Below the pieces are notes generated by a model. The model made no database searches. It saw only the letters and a list, made by a program, of their open reading frames with translations, and was not told the DNA's origin. A stretch of DNA of 64,000 nt. It comes from Camelus ferus (Eukaryota). Location of the stretch: contig NC_045697.1 in NCBI RefSeq assembly GCF_009834535.1, positions 43,030,001 to 43,094,000 of the forward strand, read 5' to 3'. How positions within the stretch are numbered: the first letter of the stretch is position 1; each line of letters begins with the position of its first letter. The translations under genes were made by a program, and so were the position numbers. Below are positions 52,813 to 64,000 of the stretch, one piece after another.

Positions 52813-52896
52813 ACAAATAGATTGTGAGACCATGAGCAAATGACACATACACGAATGGGTAAAAAGTGGAGAAAAAACAGCCAATTACCCTCAATT

Positions 52897-53138
52897 AGTG
52901 CTTCCTGAAGATTTTGGAATGCGCACTGATAAACATTTTTTATTTTATTAGTTATATGTGTATTTTAATATGTTTAAGAAAAATATTGATAGTACACTAA
53001 ACTTATGACTTAGAATAAGATTAAATAAAAAACTGAGTTAAGTTAAAATTGATTAAAATGTTAATAGTAGCTCAGTACCATTCCAGTATGGTAAGTGGTG
53101 TAGATGTCATGCAATGACTGAAGTTGGGGAAAAACTGG
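52897..53138. mobile_element. hAT-Charlie MITE-like element
   Basis: Imperfect inverted termini tagtgcttcctgaa … gaagttggggaaaaactg around an AT-rich interior. Confidence 0.45.
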
Positions 53139-53286
53139 TGAACACAGTGCTATCAACTAAGTGTCTTAATGACCTCCTCCCTGAAGTAGTGTTGGCTTGG
53201 CTGAGTTGTCAGGGTCAAGCAAGGCTTTGAACACAGCCCCGCAGATCATGGTGGGCACCAAGTTCTCCCCATTTAAGTCATGTTTG

Positions 53287-53410
53287 AAAAAGAAAAAGGG
53301 AAGGAAGGAAGGGAAGGAAGGAAGGAAGAAGGAAGGAATTGAAAGAAGGAAAGAAAGAAAGAAAAGAAAGAAAGAAAGAAATGAGAAACTAAGACAAAGA
53401 AAGAAAGAAG
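53287..53410. repeat. (GGAA)n/(GAAA)n purine tract
   Basis: Directly visible. Confidence 0.95.
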
Positions 53411-53559
53411 ACCGCAAGGACGACGGAATCCTCTATTTACAGAGGCAGAGCCTTCCTTCAGGACTGACCACAATAAGTAAGGAAGAAAGACGAAAGAAGA
53501 AAAGAAAGACAGACAGGACGTGGAGTGTGGTGAGCAGCCTCTGGTTATTTTGGGACCCT

Positions 53560-53702
53560 GGGGTGGGAAGGTATAGCTCAGTGGTAGAGTGCATGCCTAG
53601 TGTGCACAAGATCCTAAATTCAATCCCCAGCACCTCCACTAAACAAACAAACAAACAAACAAACAAACCTAATTACCACATCCCTCAAAAAAAAGCAAAA
53701 CA
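53560..53702 (+). mobile_element. Camelid tRNA-derived SINE (Vic-1 type)
   Basis: gggaaggtatagctcagtggtagagtgcatgcctagtgtgcacaagatcctaaattcaatccccagcacctcca plus an (AAAC)n-cctaattacc-A-rich tail. A box TAGCTCAGTGG at 53574-53584; the B box is degenerate. Confidence 0.85.
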
Positions 53703-53774
53703 AGAAGCCTGGAAAACCTTTCCACAGATTGAGAAATATAAAACAGGTTGAGTTTTATCCCCTGAAGCTGAGGG

Positions 53775-54010
53775 CAGTATGAAGTCATGGAAAGAGGATG
53801 GATTTTGTAGTTAGACAGATGTGAGTTCAAACACCAGTCTGTCTGTCACTTATTTGCTGTTTGACCTTGGGCAAATATTTGTGCGTCTCTGAGGTTTTTA
53901 CATTAGTGGAACAGGCAAAGTCATTATGATTTTGGAGAGAATACAAGACATCATGTAGATATGGGCTAGCATGGTTCCTAGAGCAGAGTTGGCATTTAAT
54001 AAATGCAACT
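53775..54010 (+). mobile_element. MIR SINE
   Basis: gttagacagatgtgagttcaaacacc…tcacttatttgctgtttgaccttgggcaaat…tctctgag. Confidence 0.85.
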
Positions 54011-56084
54011 TTTCTTTTTAACTCCCTTAAATGTAATTTCACTTAAAAATAAAAGTAAAAATAGGGTAAAATACAAACAGATTGTGATTGTACCAGACGT
54101 TTTTCTCTGAAAAAACAAACCAAAACAAAACAAAACAAAACAAAAACCCACCAAACAATAGGGGAAACATGATGAAAAAGAAAGTAATTTTCAATGGCAC
54201 TGAACTATTCCCCTGAGTCTTTAAAAATCTCTGATTGAAATGAATGAATATGCAAGTGTCACTTATTGATGGCCTCCTCCCATAAGCAGTGAACTCCTTT
54301 GAAATCATGTAGTGGTAATTGTAAAAGAAGTTACGTGCATAAAATTACTTCTCTGGTGCAATAAGGATCATAAATCATTTCACAGTCAATCCATCTGTGA
54401 CTTCTTCAGTTGTGCTGATTTCATAGATTACAACAAGAAAATAAGTTGAGGATGAATAACTGAAAGGCAGTGAAGGTGCCCTGGGCCTCTTGCTTACAGC
54501 TTGCTTTGTGTTGGAGACTGGATGAGGGTGAAAGAAGGCAATGAGCTTGAGAAGGTGCATTATGACATCAGCATCCTCTTCCTGGCCCTGTTTGGTTTCT
54601 GAGGAGAGAGGTTTGATCTTCTACACGGCAGAAAGTGTTCATCACCTGCTGGCCATACCTCCCACTGCGTTCCTCCTGGATCTAATCATTCTGACCTTTA
54701 GAAGCTCCTCAAGCTTGAGTGTCAACTATGAAACCCAAAGATAATTTTGTTGAAGATTTTGTCTATAATAGGAAGTTCCACTGGCTTGTCTCTAAGAGAG
54801 TAACCAGGAGTAGAGGGATATCTGCCTTTGTTTACCTTGAAATTCTTAAGTGGCAATGAAACACCACACTTTGTTCTCAGGAGGACCCAACTACTGCAAT
54901 GCTTCCAAATGCTTCCCTCTTGGTGGCGCCTTTAGCTAGTCATGACAGGAATATTGACCGGGAATAACCTAATGAAATATGAGTGCCAGTGGATGTGTTG
55001 GGGAAAGAGCAGATCTAGTCTGTGAGAGTTATATTGGATAAGAATTGGGCCCATTAGGTGCCTCGTTGAGTATTCAGGGGAGACAATTCTTGCTTTATAA
55101 AATATGCTTTGGTTTGCCTTATGGAAAATTTATTGTTCATTCATTTGATGCACTCCTTTAAGAGGTCAACTTTGACTTTCAGTGCTCTCAGAATTTATTC
55201 TTTACTCCATTGTTCCTTGCAAACCATCGTTATTGAATTTCTTTGTGCATTTGAGTTGTCAAATAGCCAATGCACTCTCTAAACTGCTTTATACAATTAA
55301 CAGATATTTTGTGATTCGGGCAGGATGAAAAATCAGACTTATTGGTGCTACTTATCAACACAGAGAGGACAAATGAAATTAGCCTCCTCTGTTTTCAGAA
55401 ATAAAACATGCCAAAGCCGATGCTCCCACACCCATATGGGACAACTAACTGGGAAATGGTCAGATCATTAGGACTGTAATACTGTGAAAATATCTGCTGT
55501 CCATGAAAAATGTCCAGGCTCTGCCCCTTTGGTGGTGGGACTGAGAGCTTTTTAACGGGAGTGCATTTTAATAGCTAGCAAAACATGGAAGAAGGATAAA
55601 GATCGTTGATGCCATGTCTTAATCAGACATTATTGGATAATGACTAGATAATACATAAATTTTAATTCTAATGACCAAGTAAGGTTATTTTAACTACATA
55701 GTTTACCTTGAAGTAGCTTAGAGATCCTTAAAGAAACAGTGTTCACAGCATTCAAAACTGATCATAGGACAAATTGTTGCTCAGTGTTGGTTCCTTCACC
55801 ATTAGATAAGGGTAGCTATTAACACTGGGGTTCAGAATGACTTTCCCAGTTGATGCAGTGTGATGGCACATGACCTGCAGTTCTTATTTTCCAGTTGAGG
55901 TCCCTGCTCCAAGTATATTGAGGCAGAGTTGCCCAAAATAAGAGCTCAGTAGAAAATAGTTCAGAGAAAAGTTCCCACTTTTCAGACCGGCAAATGAGGC
56001 TTCCTGCAGTCTTGGCCTGGCTACCTTTTCAGATGCGTTGCGTGCTTTCCCTTCTGAGTCTCAGCCCCACTAAACTATTTCCAC

Positions 56085-56420
56085 TTCCTCAGATTCACCC
56101 CATCATTTCACCCATAATATTTCCTTGGCCTGGAATATTTTGTCTATTTTCTCCTTCAGTTTTACTAAATGAATGCCTCCGTGAAACCTTTCTCCCAGCC
56201 TCCAGTAGAACTGACCATGTTTTTCTTTGTAAACTCATGTGACCTGCTCTGATTTCTTTGCGTGATCACAGTACTATTCTACATATGATTTATATATCTG
56301 TCTCCTACAAACTTATGGAATCTTGAGGCCAGGGATCCTATCTAATTCATCTTTGTATTCTGAGCACCTGTAAAATGCCTGACAATGAATAAATAAATGA
56401 ACAAAAGAGTGAATGAATGA
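56085..56420 (+). mobile_element. L2 3' fragment
   Basis: ccttggcctggaata…tcttgaggccagggatcc…ttcatctttgtattc…tgcctgac…gaatgaatgaa. Confidence 0.75.
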
Positions 56421-59149
56421 AAAAATCCAGTGAAGCAAATATTGGCCTTATAACGCAAAGTACAGATGGCAAACACCCAGCCCCAATGCTGTATTTTCCC
56501 TTCTCTTATGCAGAACAGACTTTTTGAATTAATTATGGGCCAGTGAACCTAGATCCAGGCAGCCTATGCCTTCTGCATTTAGCTTTTTTCTCGTGTAGTC
56601 TTAGTATTTAATAAAATTATTCAGAGCAGTGGTATCCTAACTTTTTTGATTACACAAATGAGTAACCTTATTAGTAATCATAACTGGGGGTTCATCCTCT
56701 TTGGATGCTTCTGTGTGTCCCTCTGGGCCACATGAGAAGACTGGTCCATATGGGCCACATCGCTGGGCTCCTTTATCCTCTGATTTCCGGTGGGTTTGGC
56801 AGGAAATGGAGGATAAGACAGAATGAGGCCAGGGCAGTATTTCCATGGCTCATACCCTGCCCAGTGGCCGTGGGTTAGCTTGCTCTCTGTCCTGAAGGCT
56901 ACAGCTCCTGCCACGTGGACCTCTCCATGCCTCTCCCCTTGGTTCTGGCATCTCTTCCCTCCATTTGTCCCTCCCTGCATTTACTTGTCTGGACTGTATC
57001 CTCTCCCCAAACTGGTGTCAACTGTCCTTCTCTTAAACTTTCTTCAGTTTATTCAGTTTGCAGATAACTTCTATTTCCTGCTGAGCCTGACTGATCTACC
57101 GCCAAGGCATGTAATCATTTTTAGTGTGCCACTATATACTAATCACCATCCATATATTAAGTATTATTAATAAAGCCCAATTTCTCTTATTTTTCTGAAG
57201 GAGATGAAGTTTCAATATTTTCTTCCCACACCCTGGTTGATCCATTTTCGGCTTTGGAAACCGTGGATTTAGAAACCAGTTATCCAAGTCTTCCTATCAG
57301 ATTTTGCGGAATAAGACTCCTCTGAGTGTGGCTTTGAAGGCACAACAAGAGCGGAGACTGGTTTCTGCAGGATTTACGTACTTAGAGAAAAAACCGTGGC
57401 CATGGGATGCGCTCACTGCTGCTGGCGTTTCCGTTCCCCTCAGGGCCTCCGAGCCAGTGCAGCCGCTGCTGGGCGGAGAGCAGTAGCACCGCTCAGTACA
57501 CAGGCGGCCAGGAAAGTGAGTCTGGAGGACATTAGGCTGGGACCAAATAAAGCTTGAATTGCTGTCTTTCATTTTAAAGAGATTTGTTTTTAAATAATGA
57601 ATGAAGGCATCAAAACCCTTTGGCTTTGAGACTTTTAATTCTTCATTCTTTATTATAGAATGCTTCTGGCCCCTGTGGCTCGGCCCAATTCAAAATCCAT
57701 GTTCTAGCAATGCCTATGGACAGGATCTGCAAGCAATCTGACTGTTACTTATGGTTGATTCTATTTTAAAAGGGAATTGGCTCTACCTAGTGCCTCCTGG
57801 AAACAATTGAACCAAAGTTTTGTGATTTATATTTATTTTCACAATTGTAGACACTTTCAGACAAGTGTTTACATCTCCTGTGTGTTGGTAACATAACCAT
57901 AGTTACATCTTGTGTCATCTAAAAAAGTTATTTCAGGGCTCTCATATGCACCACAGATTTATCTCCTTCACTCTCCAATCGGTATTATAAATAGATCTGG
58001 TCTCCTTAGCAATAGGTCTCGTGAAAGTTTTGTATAAAGCTAAACATTGTATGAGTTTTCATTGTTCAGGGCATAATATCTTGATTTCTAGGGCATTAGG
58101 AAAATTTTCTCCTTTATCATGAAGACTATGTTTTCCCCCCTACTTTGATTAAAACCTTAAATAAATATGACATAATGACCAATGGGAATATTAAGAGAGA
58201 CAGCCTCATTGTTTAGGCTGTTACAGTCACCTTGCTCTGACATGGCTTTTAATTTGGGACCGGAAAACTGAGAATCCAGAGTGGTATGTGGTAATGTGGT
58301 AATAAGTAATGAATTAGCAGAGTAAACTGGGCTGAAATCAGGAGTTACTTAATACCGAGCCAAACAGTTGAAACCAGGATGTGTGTGAATTTGGGGAGAA
58401 AAAAATAGTTAAAATGATCAGGTAGGGAGAGAAAATTGTTCTGGCTACATATGGAAGAAATCCTGCCTTTTTTTCAGACCTTTAGGGGTCTTTGTTTAGG
58501 ATTCAGCTGTAGGAAATTAAGTTGAAGCAGGAACCTGATCTTTTGGTGCCTAACATTAGTAGTAGAGATACTAATAGAGTATTAGAATATGAAAGGATGC
58601 TCTAATACTCAAAAGTGTTGTTTACCAGTGAATTGACTGAGGACCAGAGATTTGGGGTGACTTCCACATGGAACTGGAGCATCCCACATCTGCTGGTCCC
58701 CAGGTTCAGGTAGTTTCCACCAGACCAGATGTCTTCAAAGTGTTATGCTTATGTTTTAGAGATGGAAGGGATCTGGGAAACTGTCTTGATTCAAAGGGTT
58801 CCACTTTGCAGTAGGAAAGATGCCCAAGTTATTCATTAAGTGAGCAACAGAACAAGAACAAAACCTAAGTCACAGGATTCCTAGTCTGGTGCTTTTTTCC
58901 CATGATACCAGCATTTATCCATATGCCAGATACTGTGTTAGGCACCAAAGCACAGAGACAAACACAGTAAGACCTCTGCCTTTCAAAGGAATTTTCACAT
59001 ATATCCCCGTATAGAAAATGTGTGTCTTCCTTCATTCCCATACATATTCAAGCTAGACAACAGGGGCTGAAAGTGCATAAAGCACATTGTGGTGCATGAT
59101 TTGGTGGAAAATAGTGAAGTGCCTTATGTGAACAATACAGTTCAAGTCC

Positions 59150-59320
59150 TTTAGATGTAAGTTCCATGTTGGCAGAGATTGTTTCTCTCTTATTTTTTTC
59201 TGCTTCCCCAGCTTTCCCTGGCACACAGTAAGTGCTCAGTAAATTTTGAATAAATGAATGAATGAATATCTGCCTGGTATTTAGTGTTTAATAAATGTTG
59301 AATGGATAAATGAGTGAATG
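59150..59320 (+). mobile_element. L2 3' tails
   Basis: tgtaagttccatgttggcagagattg…cctggcacacagtaagtgctcagtaaattttgaataaatgaatgaatg. Confidence 0.85.
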
Positions 59321-59424
59321 TACTGTGCACTGTTCTTAGGGATTATCCAGAATCTGTAATGATAATGCCAGAGGTCATAATTCATAATGCTTATTTTATG
59401 ACTGGAGACAAGTTAATTCCATAC

Positions 59425-60055
59425 TGTAGTGGGCCCTGGAAGATTCAAGGCTCCTAAGTTTGAATCCTGGCCCTATCATTGTGTAGAGACTGACAAGAAC
59501 AAATTTCCCTTTTCTCCTGGGCATGTAGCCAAACTACATTTCCCAACTTCCATTAGAGCTGGACACACCCTTGTGATGAGTTCTGACCAAAGGAATGCGG
59601 GCAGAATTATGCATCCCACGTCTAGGTCTGGCCCTAAAAAACATCCCATGCAATACTCTAATCTGCTATCTGTCTGGTGACCAGATGCAGAAATCTAGCA
59701 GCGGCCTCTGAGATTCTAGGGAATGTTTCACAAGATTGAAGAAGCCTAGGTCCCTGAATCGCCCTGGAGGACCACCAACCAGACATCTTTACTGAACTGA
59801 TATGTGAATACTGACCTAAGCCTCTGTGTTAAGCCACTGAGATTTTGAAGTTGTCTCAACAGTTATCCTACCCTGTTTGGTCCTTTTGGACAAACTTGGA
59901 CACAGCTTAGCCTCTCTGAGCCTAGGTTTTCCTACTTGCCCAATGGGGACCATAATGTAACCTGCCTCTTTGTGTTGTTATGATACTTATCAACGTGAAG
60001 CCCTTAGCATAGTGCTGGGAACATGGTAAGCACTTGATATATGTTAGCTATTATG
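59425..60055 (+). mobile_element. MIR split by an MLT1I/J-like LTR (~59480-59875)
   Basis: MIR head aagtttgaatcctggccctatcatt; MIR remainder cttagcctctctgagcctaggttttcc…catagtgctgggaacatggtaagcacttg. LTR ctacatttccca…gttctgaccaaaggaatg…gttaagccactgagattttgaagttg. Confidence 0.8.
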
Positions 60056-61619
60056 TACTTTTTATCATCTCAAGTTTGATAACCAAAGTATAGCAATTTT
60101 AAAAATGTCTCAAAGACCATCCCATATGTTTCTCTCTTTATTTCTGGCTACTGAGGCCAACAGATAATCCTCTAGAACCTTGTATCAGTGAGTCTCAAAT
60201 ATTTTTTTAGAAATAGAACTCTTATTTTTCTTTCTAGTATGGTGTTATATATATGGATGCCAGGTAATAAAAGCAAAGCTGTTCTAGTTGTAAGAGATGC
60301 CCTAGATCTACTTGTCTAGCCTTTCCTTGGGCCTTTTGTTGGGCACCTCTACAGAATCCCTGAGCTACAGAGGACACAATTTGAATACTGCTGCCAGTGG
60401 GTGAACACCCTGGGGAAGTGCATTGTTGTACAGTCACCTAATGTGATGCCCTTATCCCCTCTCCCTACGACTGCCAACCTTCCCACTCCTTCCATTTTCT
60501 CCCACGCCCGCTCTCCATGCCTTTTCCTGGTTCAGTGCAGGTACTGCGTGGCAGTGGGGCGGTGGTAAATATGGACTTCTTTTCCTTTCATTTAAAGTAG
60601 ATTGGTGGCTCTTTTCAATAGACTATTAGAAGAGTAACTGCTATGTATGATTTAAAGGGACTCTGAACTTTGACTCTCTGCTGTGTGATCTATGGATGGC
60701 TTGAAGCCTCGGGGTCAAGGGTTAGAAGTAATGAATTTATGGCTAGATTCTGCCTCCTCTCACTTTGAAAAAAGATGGTATATTTGGAACATTAAATTAT
60801 AAACATTTTTTCTTCCAGAAATGGTCTTAGAGGAGATGTACTAAATCAATATTTTCCAACCCCAATCAAACTATCTTATCATTTACCATGGGCTTCAGGA
60901 GTGATTGAAGGGAGAAGGACTTAGGGTGAAGAAAAGACCAAAGCTCCAGCCACTGTTGCTGTGTTTAGGATTAGGGGAAGGAAAGGACAGGAGGCGGTAA
61001 ACTTTTTACATGCTAGGGCTAACGCAAATAGTTAGGAAACACTACTGATCTTTTAAAGGATCAAAAGACGTGATAGGTAGAAATACTGATGGCTACTCCT
61101 CTAAGAGGAGGTATTTCAGAGAAACTGGTCTTTTGGTGATTGTATCATCGTGACCCACGAAAAATGGAAATATCCTACTTACTTGGAATCATTCTCTGGT
61201 TCACATAAATATGTGGCCCCACATAAATGTGGATATTGAATGAACTCTCAGATTATTCTAGAGAGGTTAACAGGCTAGTACCAATGCCGTTGCATTTGGA
61301 GGCCAAGGCCAAAGCAAAGAGAGTGCCTCTAAAAAGTTCATGGTTCTCCAGTGACGTTTCAGATTAGACTTGGAGTCAGGGGTGGCTGTTTTGTAAACAG
61401 TCATGCTCAGATGTTCCAACTCTAGGCAGGCCTTTCCTTTCTTACTAAGCTCTTGGTTAGCCCACTCAATTCTTCCTTGGGATTATCGGGAAAAATCGGA
61501 TGATTATCGCTCGTCCACACTGGTCCTTATTTAGAAGCTTTGGTAACCCACTTGCCCATGTGAAAATGCTAGCGATAATTTGTGTGTGTGTGTGTGCGCA
61601 CGTGTGCCCAGCTGCTGTA

Positions 61620-61790
61620 GGTTGTACTTAAGCAACATACACATGTGATTTTATCTAATGCTCACTCTGATCTCATGAGACAGTAAAAACCATTTTATAG
61701 ATGAATCTGAGGCTTTGAGGTGGCCCAGCTATTATGGAGTGAGCCAGGACTTGAACCCAAGTCTGCTGAACTCTGAGATCTCCATTTAAT
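61620..61790 (-). mobile_element. MIR SINE
   Basis: ccattttatagatgaatctgaggct…gagccaggacttgaacccaagtctgctga. Confidence 0.8.
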
Positions 61791-63199
61791 CGCACCTTTG
61801 ATAGCCACGTTCAGCAACACATAGTCCCCCTGTGTTCCCTCCATCTGCCCTAATACATAGTCTCGTGAAACTTCATATCACTTTGTTTAACCACCTGAAA
61901 TTCCCCTCATCAGAAATATATTAAATACATTTTTTATTAAAATGAAGCTTCTACCAGTCAGGTTAAATGGGAAGTAGTAGAAATTGGTTAAATTATATCC
62001 TTTTAAAGTTAAGGCTTAACTGAGATCAGAACAAAGAAGGCATGGGAGCTGTGAGCGAGAATTGTGGTTGTGGAAGAAATCACAGCACGGAGGAAATTTA
62101 TGTGACTTGTTAGCCTCAGTGACATGTGGCAGTTGTCTGTGGGGGTGAGTCTGGGTATAAGATGGCAACATAGGGGTTCAGGTGGGGAGCTGTGAAAGGA
62201 CATGAGATGGTAAACAGGGGTGCACAAAAAAGGAGGTAGATGGAACACGAAGACAGACTCCATCCATTCTGCTGTTTTTCCAATGGCCAACTCTGCTCGC
62301 CCTGAACAGAGAGAGTGGTAGTCGGGGGGAGGTTGAAATTTTCTCTGAAGGCCATTTTACTATGTAATTCTCATTCTGTCACACAGATCGCCTTACATAG
62401 CTGTATACTAATTTTTCCCCATAGCCTACTCATATATCGTTATTCAATGAAGTAATAATGTTAAAAGCAAGACAATCTATAATGCACTTTCAATAAAACT
62501 CTGAAAAACAGTCATTGATCCTTCCTTAAGTCGGCTACCTACCCCCAGCTGCCTTATTGCTCACATTGTAGAGGCGGTTAAATGACCAAAGATACTTAAT
62601 ATGTAAGTTATGAAACATTTCCACTTCCTTATTTACCACTTAATGGTCATTAAAAGAGTAGGAACATCATCCTTTTTCAGGGGATGTAAGATGGATCCTG
62701 GCTTGAATAGAGTACTCACTTATCAATAATCAATTACTCAGTTAACCATTAAAGATAATAATCATTTCCACCACACTTACAATAAAATGCTACGAACGTC
62801 AATGAATCATTATTTTACCCTAGGGCAGACCTTAAATCAATTTCTTACTACCATTCACTTTACTTCTGCAGTTGTGGTGGACATTCAGAGGGCCGGGACA
62901 TAAGAAAATCCTCAAACGGCTGAATGGTTGGGAGAGGGGAAGCCTGGGAGGTGTAATCTGTGGGATCTCTGTGGATTTTATCCAGGATAACATCCAAGTG
63001 GTTCTGATCCACAGGATTTTGCCTTACTCTTCAGGTTCATTCCCATTGCCCACAGGAGTCTTGATTGGGGATTTCCAATTTCAACTTGTTCAAATCCCAC
63101 GAGTTGCTTTCATGCTTATTCACCAGATTGAGTCTAATATGATGTTGCCTTAAATACACAAAGTGGCAGTGGGGATGATGGTGTAATCATGGGGTGGAG

Positions 63200-63770
63200 G
63201 TGTAATATCACTCTTCAGAGGCTTCCCATTGCTCTTAAACTAAAGCAAAAGCTCCTTAAGAAGACTGATGGGGCCCTGAACAGTCTTGTCACTGCGTATC
63301 TCTCTTGCTTCATCACACACGCCACATTCTGTTCCTCTCTTGTCCTCAGTGAACCTGGCCTTCTTTCAGTTCCTTGTATTCCACGTGATCTCCCCTGCCA
63401 CAGGGCATTTGCATGTACTCTTCCTTCAGCCTATGAGGCCACCTGCTCCCTGCTCCCACTTTCACCCACTTAGCCTCTACTCTGCCTTCAGTTTTAAGTT
63501 CAAGTTTTGCTTTCCCAGGGAAGCCTTCTGTGATCTGCCTTAGAATACCATTGGTGCTCTTAGAATACCATTTCCTTCTCCTTCATAGCGCTTTCCCACT
63601 TCCAGTTTTACATGTGATCGAGCAGCTGTTTGACAGATGTAGTCTCGGTCTTTCCCAACAAACTGTGAGCTCAGTTCGGGCAGAGTGGCATCTAGTTGTG
63701 CTCACCACTGTATCCCAAGGGTCAGGATGTGCCTGGTTCATAGTGGGCTTTCAATAAATATCTGTTAAAC
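63200..63770 (+). mobile_element. L2 3' region
   Basis: ggcttcccattgctctta…cacagggcatttgcatgtactcttccttcagcct…actgtgagctc…gggcagag…caccactgtatccc…tgcctggttcatagtggg…caataaatatctgtt. Confidence 0.9.
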
Positions 63771-64000
63771 TAATCACAAGCTGATTAAGAAAAGACCCAG
63801 GAAGCAAACCATTAAAATCAGTGTAGGAGACCTCATCAGCTGCTGTTAGGAGTGCTTCCTGGTTCCTATGGCGTGGTAATGACATCGTATGTTCATTTAA
63901 GGTTATGAAGTTTCAGTGATACAATTATTTCCTAGCTGACTTATTATTTTCATAACAAGACTCCGGCTTCTCCTGTCTTGGTTCTATTTCCTTTCAGGGA

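Noticed and set aside
53566..53640. Possible tRNA gene
   Set aside because: The degenerate B box/T arm and the SINE-type tail indicate a SINE copy.
53197..53751. Longest ORF (184 aa, K/R/E-rich)
   Set aside because: Read-through of the (GAAA/GGAA)n tract and the SINE; low-complexity artefact.
54895..54930. CTCF-like CCTCTTGGTGGCGC with an adjacent AATGCTTCC duplication
   Set aside because: Two mismatches at informative core positions; not supportable without a PWM scan or ChIP data.
61202..61232. CACATAAAT(AT)GTGG doublet
   Set aside because: Two-copy micro-duplication with no further structure.
63539..63572. CTTAGAATACCATT direct repeat (period 20)
   Set aside because: Two copies only, inside an L2 relic.
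1..64000. Novel multi-gene, CRISPR-like or prokaryotic system
   Set aside because: No operon-like ORFs, repeat-spacer arrays or long intact ORFs. The composition and repeats are those of ordinary mammalian non-coding DNA.

Overview
Mammalian non-coding genomic DNA, AT-rich and CpG-depleted by eye. It is most likely camelid: there is a Vic-1-type tRNA-derived SINE at ~53.56 kb, and I saw no Alu, B1/B2, Bov-A/BovB or PRE-1. No protein-coding gene could be supported. The supplied ORFs are chance ORFs, microsatellite read-throughs or LINE-1 remnants. The window is a mosaic of interspersed repeats: MIR, L2, L3/CR1, old and younger L1, MLT1/ERVL solo LTRs, Tigger2 and hAT MITEs. These are separated by repeat-free blocks dense in homeodomain/SOX/MEIS motifs that look like conserved enhancers, as expected in a large intron or gene desert near a developmental gene (inference). 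The most notable observations are (i) a ~100-bp imperfect palindrome at 29.1-29.2 kb with the loop signature of ancient Crypton/Eulor-type elements, (ii) a doubly inverted, nested L1 rearrangement at 19.5-19.95 kb and (iii) a bipartite enhancer-like block at 30.45-31.26 kb. I found no evidence for a new multi-gene system. Repeat subfamily names come from recalled consensus sequences and need RepeatMasker/Dfam confirmation. Boundaries of old repeats are approximate.
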